From the NCBI GenBank assembly GCA_951804945.1, contig OX638155.1, positions 2,604,001 to 2,668,000 on the forward strand: a stretch of 64,000 nucleotides of DNA. The letters are read 5' to 3'. The stretch's first letter is position 1. Every line of letters starts with the position of its first letter. Source of the stretch: Podarcis cretensis (taxonomy: Eukaryota). Below, in pieces: positions 26,401 through 38,294 of this stretch. Both the position numbers and the translations under genes were made by a program. The notes beneath the pieces were generated by a model. The model saw only the letters and a program-made list of their open reading frames with translations, did no database searches and had not been told where the DNA came from.

Positions 26401-27932
26401 TAGTTCCCTGTCCATAAACACATACAGACAGAAATACATATTGCAAGACAAACACAGAGTGGGCAAGGGAGCAATGCTGAATCCTACCCAGTTTTCCCAC
26501 TCAACTACCTCACATTTCTGCAAACATGGGTTTGGAAACACAAATTTGCTGGGGGAATGTTCATTTCTGCCCATACAACATAAAAAAAGTGATGTATGTT
26601 TGATACAGGGGTAAGTAAAGGAGAGGACAACACAAACGTACTTTAGTGATAGAAACCATTTTAGAATTGGCGCTTACTTTTTTCCTTAAGCAGCTACAGT
26701 ATATTGAATGTGAATGCTCTGTTTCTTTAGCACAGCACAGGATTCTGTAAGCAGCCATGTGCATTTCAGACCAGGCCTTGTTGGTTCACCATTTCCACTG
26801 ATGAAGGGTGCAGCTAGCAGGCAAACTATGGAAGCTTTGCAAATGCTGCATGGATGTCAGTGAACCTTTCACCCCTTTAATAAGACCTCACTCACAGAGT
26901 TCTTCTCAGTAGCCAGGCACAATCTCTGTACGTCCCTTTCTGTCAGCTCCCATTTTATAGTATTGGGTTGTGGTAAGTGGTTGGGATGGCCTTGTTCAAG
27001 CTTGCAGAGTGCTATGAATAAAACACCAGATTAACAAGTTTCACAAGTGTTGTGTATATATAAGCAGAATTAATTAGTGACTTGTCAATAACACAGAGAA
27101 GCCCATAGCTTACTCAATGACCATTTCCAGGGATTTGCGCCGTTCCTTAGGCTGAACACACACCACTAATAAACCATCTTATCAACTTAAGATGAAGCAC
27201 TGGAGTGGGGGGTGGGGTGGGGGGCTAACAAGGCAAAGTGCCAAAAAGCAATAAAAAAATGTCCTGCTTGAGCCTTGTGACTCACTCCCTCTGTGAGGTT
27301 AGTTGCAGTGGACAACAGCCAAAGAAGAAACCATCTCCGGGATTACTATGCATCAAATATCTTGAACCCAATGATGTAGCTCCTGCTCCCCCTGCTGGAT
27401 AAAATGCTGTTTATATTCTGCAGCATTCAAAAATGAAAACAGCATCACTTGTGTGTGTGCATATATCACTTCTGTTCCCCTGCACTGCCATGTCATGCAT
27501 TGGCTGAGGGCTGCTTGAATTATGCTGTGTTCTATCACCCTCTGCAATGGCTTAATCTGCACTGATTTAAAATCAATGAGAATTTTGTTCTTTATGATGA
27601 CAATATACTTTAAACGATTGTCCTGTCCTGTTTCTTCACAATAGGCCATGCAAACTGCAGCAAGTGCAATGGCAGGTTCACAGCATTTGTATGCATGTGC
27701 AATTGAGACAAGAATGGACCTAACCTCAGGTATTCTTACATGCACCAGAAAGGGCACAAGTGTTTTTGACTTGGCATTCATTCCCAGAGTAATTGACGTT
27801 TTCCTTCAAAAAAGAAACAAAAGCCAACGGAATGAGTTGATGCCTGCAACTCACACTAGGAAGCAGTTCCCCAAAACTCCAGCCACTCACCAGACTGGTC
27901 AGGTATCAGAAAATCAGGACTGAAAATAAATA

Positions 27933-28195
27933 CAGTCCTACCTCAGGTTATGAACGCTGCGGGTTGCGCGTTTTTGGTTTGCGGACTATGCCGAACCTGG
28001 AAGTACCGGAACAGGTTTCTTCTGGGTTTCGGCCCTCATGCGTGCACAGAAGCACATATAATGACATCACATGCATGTGCAGAAGCGCCAAATCACGTCA
28101 CACATGTGCGCAGACGTGGCGTTTCAGGCTGCGAACGCTGCGGGTTGCGAACGTGCCTCCCGCACAGATCACATTTGCAACCCGAGGTATGACTG
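27933..28195. mobile_element. Tc1/mariner (Tigger-like) MITE
   Basis: TA|CAGTCCTACCTCAGGTT ... AACCCGAGGTATGACTG|TA. Related to 10422-10675. Confidence 0.85.
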
Positions 28196-28299
28196 TATAT
28201 GAAATCAACAGCCAGGATGATGCAAAGTTCAAAATGGTATCTTACTGAGACATTGACACCCGGTGGTGAAATGGTAGACTGTTTTACTGAGTCAATATA

Positions 28300-29440
28300 G
28301 CTTATTGTTATTTAATCTTTTATTTTACAAAATTGTACCGAGCTTTCTTATAGGAACTCAAAGTGGCTAACAATAAAATATAAAATATACCGTAAATAGC
28401 AACAACATGATGCATTAAGTAAACTTGGCAAATGATTATTCATTTAAAAAATGGCAGGTACCAAAATAGTCAGCAAAATAAAAGGGCCATCTCCACTCAG
28501 AGCAGAAGGAAAAAAGGAGACAGGTCAGTCATTGGCCTCCCTAAAATGTCTTCCTAAAGAGGTAAAAGTAGAAGGTAAAGGACCCCTGGACAGTTAAGTC
28601 CAGTCCAAGGTGACTATGGGGTGTGGCACTCATCTTGCTTCAGGCCAAGGGAGCCGGCGTTTGTCCACAGACAGCTTTCCGGGTCATGTGGTCAGCAGGA
28701 CTAAACCGCTGAACCACCTTTTGGCAAGGTTACAAGGAAGAAAGGAAGACCAGGGAGACTTGTCTGGAGAGGGCATTCCACACTGTTGGCACCATAACAT
28801 GAAGGATCCACGACACCTTATCTTAAGAGTCAGTGGGTAAACTCAGTGCAAATCCACAGGTAATGAATGGAATTCACAAAACAGAATAGGCAGGAAAAGA
28901 TGGTCCTTAAGGTTTCCAGGTCAGGGTCACGTAGTGCTTTAAATATAGGAGCCAATGCCTTGAATTCAACCCATAATGAAGCAGGTGAAGTAATTATAAC
29001 CATCAGAAGTAATATGCTCCTCCAACCAGTCCCAGACAAAAGTCTGGCTGCGGCATTTTGGACCAGTTGAAATTTACAGACACCCCAAATATAGCTTCTA
29101 ACCATATTCGCATGAGGGGGGTTCGAAGGACCCATCAAACCTTGAACCTGTGTCTTGACCCCAGATGCAGGCTGCACATCTAACCCCAGACTCACCCACA
29201 CCCCAAACCAGCAGTCCTTAGGTCTTATCTGAATGAACTTTCATTGTTCTCCCTCATCCAATCCCTATCACCACCAGACATCATTCCAGGGTTTCCACTG
29301 CCTCTGATGCAAATTAGGTACTGCTGAGTAGCAGCATACTTGTCACGACACCTTGGTCCAGATCTCCAGTTGCCTTCACCCAGCTGCTTTGATGTACATG
29401 TTAAAAAGCGTGAAGGGAATGGAGCCCTGCGGCACCCCTA
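28300..29440 (-). mobile_element. Old L2 3' fragment (boundaries approximate)
   Basis: The minus strand reads KFQLVQNAAARLLSGTG...FKAL, with a GVPQG-type motif near 29425-29440 and an L2 tail near 28305. Confidence 0.75.
28560..28710 (-). mobile_element. Sauria SINE 3' half
   Basis: Reverse complement of the 3' half of the 9738 and 49677 copies, with tail. Confidence 0.85.
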
Positions 29441-29773
29441 GGCCAAGGATGACATCTGGTGGTTTAGTGGTTTAGTACACACCTGAATATATTTCAAGTG
29501 AATGTAACAAGACATATTACTGTGTGGAAAAGAAACATGACAAAGGAGTAAGTAGGACACACTGATTTTGGCAGTATGATAAAACATTATAGTATATCTA
29601 GTTTCAGAATAATATTTCAATGGTCATCCAGGAACTATTTCCTGTTCAGAAAGTATCTTACCACCATCACCACCTTTGTGTTCAAGTATCAACTGGGAGA
29701 ACTTAGCTGCTTCTGTAAATCTGTGCATAATTCTGGTCTTGAACTCTACAGCACATTTTTAGAGATGAGCTTA

Positions 29774-30136
29774 GGGACGTGGGTGGCGCTGTGGGTTAAA
29801 CCACAGAGCCTAGGACTTGCCGATTAGAAGGTTGGCGGTTCGAATCCCCACAACGGGGTGAACTCCCATTGCTTGGTCCCTGCTCCTGCCCACCTACCAG
29901 TTCGAAAGCACGTCAAAGTGCAAGTAGATAAATAGGTACCGCTCTGTCGGGAAGGTAAACGGTGTTTCTGTGTGCTGCTCTGGTTCGCCAGAAGCGGCTT
30001 AGTCCTGCTGGCCACATGACCCAGAAGCTGTATGCCAGCTCCCTCGGCCAGTAAAGCGAGATGAGCGCCGCAACCCCAGAGTCAGCCACGACTGGACCTA
30101 ATAGTCAGGGGTCCCTTTACCTTTACCTTTACCTTT
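29774..30136 (+). mobile_element. Sauria SINE, full length
   Basis: GGGACGTGGGTGGCGCTGTGGGTTAAACC head, GGTTCGAATCC B box, (ACCTTT)n tail. Confidence 0.95.
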
Positions 30137-30696
30137 AAGGTGCTCTTAAACTTGCCTAACAAAACATAATTTAGTGGCAAAGATGGATATTTTAATATCG
30201 CCAGGGGGTTGGCATTCATACTCCAAATAATTTCCCTCTTTTTTCATACTACAACAATATTGAACGTTTAAGATACCTATATTACTTTGCTTGCAACCCT
30301 AAGCACACTTATATGACAGGACACCTCTTTAATTGCATGTCTTTAATCTGTGTTTTTTATTCTTCCTTGAAAGCTCATGTTTTCAAGTGCTTCAGATTTT
30401 CAAAATGTCAGGTCCTAGGAAATGGGAAGGAAGAGGAAATGCTTGCTTTAGGGGGCTATGAAGGGTACAGAATTTCTAACCCTGCCCAGCCTCCGTGGCA
30501 GACACTAACTAAACCCTTGCAAGCAGTTTGTACAACTTTGTGGGTAGGAAGAAAGGAACAAATAAAAATTTGGAGGCCGGTTCTACAAGTTTCAGAGGTT
30601 TCAGTAAATCAAACATAATAGGCAGAGAGATGTAGCTTTAAATACAATACAGTGAGTAAGACACAGAATCCCGCATTGCTGTACTGTATAGTTAGT

Positions 30697-30841
30697 ATCG
30701 ATGGTTGGATAGTGTTCTCAAAGCTATCAGCATGAGTATGACCAAACTGCGGGAGGCAGTGGAAGACAGGAGTGCCTGGCGTGCTCTGGTCCAGGGGGTC
30801 ACGAAGAGTCGGACACGACTAAACGACTAAACAACAACAAC
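30697..30841 (+). mobile_element. RTE/BovB LINE 3' end
   Basis: GCCTGGCGTGCTCTGGTCCA.GGGGTCACGAAGAGTCGGACACGACT followed by a (CAA)n tail. Near-TSD ATAGTTAGT/ATACTTAGT. Confidence 0.9.
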
Positions 30842-30884
30842 ATACTTAGTTTCACCAACTCATTATTTTAAATGCATGGAGAAA

Positions 30885-31626
30885 TGTAAAGTATTGCACT
30901 TGGGCAAAAAAAATGAGAGGCACAAATACAAGATGGGTGACACCTGGCTTGGGAGCAGTACATGTGAAAGGGATCTAGGAGTCTTGGTTGACCACAAACT
31001 TGACATGAGCCAACAGTGTGACGCGGCAGCTAAAAAAGCCAATGCAATTCTGGGCTGCATCAATAGGAGTATAGCATCTAGATCAAGGGAAGTAATAGTG
31101 CCACGGTATTCTGCTCCGGTCAGACCTCACCTGGAGTACTGTGTCCCGTTCTGGGCACCACAGTTCAAGAAGGACACTGACAAACTGGAACGTGTCCAGA
31201 GGAGGGCAACCAAAATGGTCAAAGGCCTGGAAACGATGCCTTATGAGGAACGGCTAAGGGAGCTGGGCATGTTTAGCCTGGAGAAGAGGAGGTTAAGGGG
31301 TGATATGATAGCCATGTTCAAATATATAAAAGGAGGGAGAAAGGTTGTTTTCTGCTGCTCCAGAGAAGCGGACACGGAGCAATGGTTCCAAACTACAAGA
31401 AAGAAGATTCCACCTAAACATTAGGAAGAACTTCCTGACAGTAAGAGCTGTTTGACAGTGGAATTTGCTGCCAAGGAGTGTGGTGGAGTCTCCTTCTTTG
31501 GAAGTCTTTAAGCAGAGGCTTGACAACCATATGTCAGGAGTGCTCTGATGGTGTTTCCTGCTTGGCAGGGGGTTGGACTCGATGGCCCTTGGGGTCTCTT
31601 CCAACTCTATGATTCTATGCTTCTAT
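30885..31626 (+). mobile_element. Young 5'-truncated CR1 LINE (ORF2 C-terminus and 3' UTR)
   Basis: KCKVLHLG...[10 protein letters not shown]...[30 protein letters not shown]...[17 protein letters not shown], with an (ATTCTATG)-type tail. TSD GAGAAA (30879-30884, 31627-31632). Confidence 0.95.
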
Positions 31627-32345
31627 GAGAAAGTGACTAAAGAAAAGTTTTTCTCCCTCTCTCAAAACACTAGAAGAGCCAGTGTGGTGCAGTGGTTAAG
31701 AGCGGTAGTCTCGTAATCTGGGGAACCGGGTTCGCGTCTCCGCTCCTCCACCTGCAGCTGCTGGGTGACCTTGGGCTGTTCACACTTCTCTGAAGTCTCT
31801 CAGCCCCACTCACCTCACAGAGTGTTTGTTGTGGGGGAGGAAGGGAAAGGAGAATGTTAGCCGCTTTGAGACTCCTTAAAAGGAGTGAAAGGCGGGATAT
31901 CAAATGCAAACTACTCTTCTTCTTCTTCTTCTTCTTCTTCTTCTTCTTCTTCTTCTTCTTCTAGAACTCATGGACACCCAGTGAAGCTGAATGTGGGAAC
32001 ATTCAGGAGAGATAAAAGAAAGTTCTTCTTCACATAGTGCAGAGTTAAACTTTGAAACTCGCTTGCACATGAGGCAGTGATGGCCACCAACTTGGGTGGC
32101 TTTAAAAGAGGCTGAGACAAATTCACTGTGGATAAGGCTATCAGCCACTACTGGCCACTAGGGCTCCATTCTACCTCCACAGTCGGAGGCAGGGATGTCT
32201 CTGAGCACCAGCTGCCAGGATTGGTAAGGAGGCCGATGACTGAGGTGCTCAGGTCCCACAGGCATCTGGCTGGCCACGGGGAGAACAGGATTTGGGACTA
32301 GATGGGCCACTGGCCCAGTCCAGAATATAAGGTTCTTCTTATATG
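31627..32345 (+). mobile_element. Older CR1 3' fragment, host of the young CR1 and the Squam3-type SINE
   Basis: GAGAAAGTG...TTTTTCTCCCTCTCTC...CTAGAACTCATGGACACCC...TTCTTCACA...GGCCACCAACTTGG. Its 3' UTR resembles 35485-35595. Confidence 0.72.
31676..31960 (+). mobile_element. tRNA/CORE-type SINE with L2-like tail (Squam3-like) and (CTT)n end
   Basis: A box TGGTGCAGTGG, B box GGTTCGCGTCTCC, CORE-like GGGTGACCTTGGGC, long (CTT)n tail. TSD CTAGAA (31670-31675, 31961-31966). Confidence 0.88.
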
Positions 32346-33167
32346 CTCATACATATAATGGGAATCTGGCAGTCAGAGGCAGGGCTTGGCTGAAGAGGAG
32401 AATACTCTGCTTAGTTGGCTTTTATAACTGCTGTTTATTACTGCTGTTTCACCCAGTGCTTGTTGCTTGCCAACCCCCAGTCTGAAGGGCTGAAGCACTA
32501 GAAAACTGGATTATTGGCAATCCTATAACAATGAAATAGTGGCACCATCACTCACCATGATGTAGCCCTTTTTGCTGTTCTTTGGTTACTTGCGGTCCCC
32601 GGACCTCAAGCTCACAGACTGTGTAAGAACTGCACTTATTCATGGCCAGTAAACAACAAGCTGGACTTTACCCTGTTGAGTTAGAGGCTTAAGTAAGGGC
32701 AGCATAGCGGGACAGAAGTAAAGCACCAGCTGCCACAGGGTCGGAAAAACATCTCCAGGGGTTTCTATGAGGAAACCCCCCCCCCCATTTTAAGCATGTT
32801 ACATGGAAGCAGGTCCCATGGACATCAATGGAATTTATGTCTAACCATGGAAGAGCTGAATGTCTGTTTTTGTAGAACCATCTTTCTGCCCTTTCCTTTT
32901 CAAAGGATTGCCTTTCTGGTTCTGGTTGCAATTGTATGTTTTGCTGCTTGACATATTTAATACAAGGTGTGTGTGTGTGAGAGAGAGAGAGACACAGTAT
33001 GATATCTTCATTTGTTTGCTAATCCCAGTTTACTTCTGAACGGTCGGGTTGGCTCGAAACTGAGCTGCCTTGTATGTGTGTGTGTGTAACATTATCACCT
33101 GATATTTGGCTAAACAAAAGCATAAGATTGTGCAACCATATTTGCGTAAGGTTATAATGGGTATAAA

Positions 33168-33544
33168 GGGACGCAGGTGGCGCTGTGGGTAAAAGCCTCA
33201 GCGCCTAGGGCTTGCCGATCGAAAGGTCGGCGGTTCGAATCCCTGCGGCGGGGTGCGCTCCCGTCGTTCGGTCCCAGCGCCTGCCAACCTAGCAGTTCGA
33301 AAGCACCCCTGGGTGCAAGTAGATAAATAGGGACCGCTTACTAGCGGGAAGGTAAACGGCGTTTCCATGTGCGGCTCTGGCTCTGGCTCTGGCTCTGGCC
33401 AGAGCAGCGATGTCACGCTGGCCATGTGACCCGGAAGTGTCTCCGGACAGCGCTGGCCCCCGGCCTCTTGAGTGAGATGGGCGCACCAACCCCAAAGTCT
33501 GGCAAGACTGGCCCGTACGGGCAGGGGTACCTTTACCTTTACCT
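33168..33544 (+). mobile_element. Sauria SINE, young divergent subfamily
   Basis: CpGs largely intact, internal (GGCTCT)x4 and an (ACCTTT)n tail. 13-bp TSD TTATAATGGGTAT (33152-33164, 33545-33557). Confidence 0.95.
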
Positions 33545-34279
33545 TTATAATGGGTATGTGTCCATATATGATAAGATTGTTACTTAACATGCTCATGGTA
33601 AAAAACAACAACAAAAACAACGCTTGACTCAGGGAGAGAGGGAATGTGTGGCATTTGCCCTTAGATAATCAAGGGTAAAGGTTTTCATTGCGTCTCAAAA
33701 AAGTTTGGTTGATGTAATAAATAGGATAATGAAGATGCGACTACAGATACCACCTTTGTTAACATGCACCAGTGTAAAGAAACTGAGTTGCCCTGCTGCA
33801 TGCCCTGACTTAACAATTAAACCCAGCTGGATTTAATTTCCCACTACTTCAATCATGAATTGTGATTCTTCTGTGCACATACATCCCACACTTACAGACT
33901 ACCTTTCAAATAGCTGGAGCTCTTGAGTTGAAACACAGGTTAAGGCCAATGGGTACAAGCTTTTATATGTAAGTGTTCCAATTTCAAACCGTGATCCTCG
34001 TAATCCACTTATGAATGAAAGGTTGCAACAAGATTTCACGGTGTTGGCAAACTTCTCCATGGTCAAGGAGAATTTTGTACCTGAGTACTAGTTGTCATGG
34101 TCCAATCACTGTGCCTTGTGCCTCTCCTGTTAAGGGTGTTGTTGCTAATAGAAAGACATTTTTATTTGCTTCTGTTTACTGCCACCTTGTGGTTGTACAG
34201 TTGAATTCCAGAGCAGTGGCCTTAATATCTGCCTTCCCATGCAAGCTCCTGATTAGTTCAGCTTCTCTATTACAAAGGG

Positions 34280-34414
34280 CAGGGCTTTTTATCAGGAGGT
34301 ACTCGTGGGTACGCAGTACCGGCACCTCTTTTGGGGAGGTTAAAAAGTGTGATACTTGCTGTAACGACTTCATGGTGAGTACTGGCACATATTTTTTCTA
34401 GAAAAAAAGCACTG
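34280..34414. mobile_element. hAT-type MITE
   Basis: CAGGGCTTTTT ... AAAAAAAGCACTG ends, related to 9987-10159. Degenerate TSD ACAAAGGG/ATAAAGAG. Confidence 0.7.
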
Positions 34415-34964
34415 ATAAAGAGTTTCCATGGAAATATGCATATATAAACCTCCCTCACCCACCTCCAACACAATGTGAATGAGAGTGTTCCTCACATATG
34501 ACCAGCCATAATGGAAACACTGAAATGAATAAAAAAACGTGTTCCATCTCTTATTAAAATGTACCAGATATAACCAGAGGTTGTTTTATAAAGGGGTTTT
34601 TTTAATAAAGGGTCATGTTTTTCTGCACCTCACCCTCAGAAGCTGGAAACAGCTCAAAGAATTCAACCAATCTATATCAAGCTGGTTTTAGATTCCTAAC
34701 TTCCAGTAAAATAAAACCTGTAATCCACACTCCGTATACTTGGGATTCTGGGAATAAGTCCCACTGAATTCACTGTGACTTACCTCTGAGTTAGGATTGG
34801 TTAGGATTGCACTGTAAATTGCCTGAAAAATGGCATTTTAAAAATATGGTTTGGGGTGGTTGTGGTGAGAAGGATGAGGGAAGGTTTTGGAGTTATATTA
34901 CTGCAGTAATAGCTCTTCATGCCTAAATTGCACAACCAGAGCCTGCAGACAGGAAGAGGAAGAC

Positions 34965-35453
34965 CAGGGCAGCTCAAGGACTTTTGGCACCTGAGCTAAA
35001 CCATAAAATGGCACACCCCAGAAGCCAGAGAAGAAGGGGGAGTGAAGATCTACACCAGGAATGGGGGGGGGGTGTCAAATAAACCGTCCTCAGTGGCTGC
35101 AGTAGAAATCAAAGGCTGTTGCAGGAGGGGCCGCTCTAAATCACACCAGATGGATGCAGAGCCCAGGAGACCCCAAAGGGCAGCCCCCACCATTTCTTTC
35201 CTAGGGGTGGGAGGAGACCAGCAGTGCCTCCCTTTCCCCAAGGGGCCATTGTGGAGGAGGCATTGGCGGGGCCCGTCAAGGAGGACAAAGATCTGGCTTC
35301 CAAGAAGCCCAGCCCAGCTGTTGCTGCCACTGTGAAAGTGATGGTGGCCGCAGTAGCAGGGGATGCATTCCCTGTAGAGCAGATTTGCTGCCTCTGTGGA
35401 TGCTGCTGCTTGAGGTGGCTACCTCATCTTGCCTCATGGGTGGGCCAGCCCTG
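34965..35453. mobile_element. Probable older non-autonomous hAT element
   Basis: CAGGGCAGC ... GCCAGCCCTG termini around a GC-rich interior. No TSD is recognisable. Confidence 0.5.
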
Positions 35454-35484
35454 GGGACAGTTGCAGAATGGGAGAGCCCTCTTT

Positions 35485-35595
35485 TCTTGAATCCTGCTTG
35501 TGGGCTTCCCACAGGCATCTGGTTGGCCACTGTGAGAACAGGATGCTGTACCAGCTGGACCACTGGCCTGATCCAGGAGGCTCTTCTTATGTTCA
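35485..35595 (+). mobile_element. CR1-type 3' UTR fragment
   Basis: CCCACAGGCATCTGGTTGGCCACTGTGAGAACAGGAT...CTTCTTATGTTC, similar to 32255-32345. Confidence 0.65.
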
Positions 35596-35989
35596 CTTCC
35601 TCCTTTTCAAAAGGGAAAGGCAGAACACAGTGAGGGAAGCAACCACCCCATTGCCTCTATCTCCCACCTTCATCAGAAACCCCTTCTGGGCAAATCATCA
35701 GATCATGTCAAGGCAAAGAACCATCCCTTTAACCCTTTCTCTTTACCCACGTCTTCCAAAGGGCAAAGCAGCAGATCACAGTGAGATAAGGAGGGAAATC
35801 ACCTTTCTCTCCCCCCTCTCCTTCTTGGCAAAGCTCCCAGACACCATCACCACTTAGGTAGGCAAGAAAAAAGGACGCAAAGTGGGAAGGAACCCCCATG
35901 ACACTGTCTCTCTTTCCCTTCCTTCAAAGACCCTTCAAAAACTTTTCTGCCACCACTCCACCACCACCATTTGCCCCCAAAGACCCTCC

Positions 35990-36132
35990 ATAGAATAGAA
36001 TAGAATCATAGAATCATAGAGTTGGAAGAGACCACAAGGGCCATCGAGTCCAACCCCCTGCCAAGCAGGAAACACCATCAGAGCACTCCTGACATATGGT
36101 TGTCAAGCCTCTGCTTAAAGACCTCCAAAGAA
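35990..36132 (-). mobile_element. Young CR1 3' end
   Basis: Nearly identical reverse complement of about 31494-31620, with a (CATAGAAT) tail. Confidence 0.9.
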
Positions 36133-37660
36133 CCTGCAAGAGGCAGGCAGCCTACCTTCGGCTGCAACCACACAAACTCACAACAGCTCCTTCCAAAGAG
36201 AAAGGGAAGAGGAAAGGAAGGGGGCCCTTCTGGGACTGCTCTGCAGAGTGGTGTGAAACCCGTGAGCTTCAGGGCAACCTTTTGAGTCACAGTTTGCCTT
36301 CTGGAAAGAGTAGAGACTTACTTGGGGGAGAGAAGAAAGCAAGCTCAGGGCCTTGCTTCAGTTGCACCATGGATGCATCTGGCTTTGCTCCTTGCCAGAA
36401 ACAGCCATATCAGAGGCAAATGTCAGGGTGGTGCCAGGAATAGTACATACACTATACATTAGCTGGGTGACAGAAAAATCTTCATGGGGCATCCTTATTT
36501 TTTTAGAAACCAGCTAATCAAAACTATCTCTAAAGTGTAGATAAAACAGCCATGCCACAGGCTCAGTCATCTACCCCACTCTTGGGATGGTTGCATAGGA
36601 GTCCCACCTCTGTGGAAAAGCTCAGGGGTCACATGACGAGGCCCTCCTGCTGGCAGGAGCCTTCACACACACTTCTGTGGAGAAAATGGAAGGTAAAACT
36701 TGAGTGGAGCTACTAAAATTAAATATATGTCTCTTTCCAAGGAAAAGAGTTGTGCATGTATGTGTAATTGTATATGTGTGGTTCTGTATTAAGGGTGGGG
36801 GTGGGGGTGGTTATGGTCCCATTCACTAGTACTGAAATACAGCCCCAGCAGCTTTCAATAAGGGAATACGGTGCTCAGCCTGAAAAAGGTTCCCTCGCCC
36901 TGATATGCCACCATCTGCACTTAATTTTGATTCAAGACAATGCAAGTTAGATCTTGATATCATCTGTTCTGCTGCTACTGGTAGACACTGTGATATGCAA
37001 GTCTTCTCTTTAATTGGGAACTCTTTGATATAAAAGCAGCACGTGTTCTTTTTTGTTTTAAACTCAGAATGTTTTGATGTTAAACGAGATAAGACCTTAC
37101 ACATCAAAGCAAGCTTGGACTGTGTATCTTTGTGATATTGATTCCTTGTGGACACCTGCTGTGCTTCTGAACTTATACATCCTAATTCATGCCTCCAAGA
37201 AACCGATTACAGTTGCTTTAACTAGGAAAGTTTCAGGGCACTGCTGTGATTCATAGAAGCAGATGCTTTGAAGTGGGGAGGTTTCTTTATTGCACTGTAG
37301 GATATGCCAAAAAGTGGGTGTCCAAGTGACACGAACATATATTTTCTGCTCTTCCGGGTAAACAAGTGTTCAAATAACCTGTCTATCTTTCTTCCAACAA
37401 TTTATATAATAAAATTATTTATAATTTGTATATGTAAAGCTACCTAGTTATTGGATTTATTCCAGAAAAAATCAGACATGCTTATGTTCCATGGAAAGCA
37501 CATAATTTTCTCTGAATGCCAGTTGCTGGGAACTGCAGGTGCTGGAACATTTGCAAAGCTAAGCAGGGCCCAAGGTGGTTTCAAATAGGATTGGGGACCA
37601 CATGTTGAAATTCCTGCAGTGCAGAGGGCTGGACTAGATGGCCCTTGGGGTCCCTTCCAA

Positions 37661-37953
37661 GAGTGGTGGAGGAAGCCACTTGGGTGCCTGGGGCGGTGCC
37701 CAGGGGTGGGGAGAGCCACCCATGGGGGCGGGGTGCACCGTGGGGCCGCCGAAGTCTGCCTGCCTCCCCCCATACAGCCACCCTACAGCTGGGGGGGAGG
37801 CAGCGGGCGGACTGTTTGGGCAGCGTCTGGAGAGACGCGTGGCTCAGGCACACTGCAGACCCTGTGGTGAGTGCCGCCCGGCATTTTGTCACCCCCCTCA
37901 GTGGTGGCACCTGGGGCGGCCTGCACCCACCACACCCCCTTCCTCTGCTCCTG
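37661..37953. mobile_element. Non-autonomous hAT element inserted in a CR1-type tail
   Basis: Imperfect TIRs GAGTGGTGGAGGAAG / CTTCCTCTGCTCCTG. Perfect TSD CCTTCCAA (37653-37660, 37954-37961) splits GGGGTCCCTTCCAA|CTCTACAATTCT. Confidence 0.85.
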
Positions 37954-38068
37954 CCTTCCAACTCTACAATTCTGTTGCACTCAGGTCGTCCTGCGTACAA
38001 GCTTGCCATAGGCATCAAGCTGACTGCCCTAAGAGTGCTGGCCTGGCCTGGTCAGCAATCTTCTTACA

Positions 38069-38294
38069 CAGTGGTACCTCGGGCTAAGTACTTAATTCAT
38101 TCCGGAGGTCCATTCTTAACCTGAAACCGTTCTTAACCTGAGGTACCACTTTAGCTAATGGGACCTCCTGCTGCCGCCGCACCCCCACCGCACAATTTCT
38201 GTTCTCATCCTGAAGCAAAGTTCTTAACCCGAGGTAATATTTCTGGGTTAGCAGAGTCTGTAACCTGAAGCGTATGTAACCTGAGGTACCACTG
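38069..38294. mobile_element. Tc1/mariner (Tigger-like) MITE
   Basis: CAGTGGTACCTC ... GAGGTACCACTG|TA, with an internal repeat of the terminal motif near 38135-38150. Confidence 0.85.

Noticed and set aside
30876-31424. 182-aa ORF as a host gene
   Set aside because: It is the C-terminal part of CR1 ORF2 in a 5'-truncated copy.
34715-34815. Short palindromic element as a candidate ncRNA hairpin
   Set aside because: Diverged relatives occur at about 51375-51455 and 52000-52086, so it is a common small MITE-like repeat.
37444-38124. Several 100-160 aa overlapping ORFs
   Set aside because: They are explained by the GC-rich hAT MITE at 37661-37953 and adjacent repeats.
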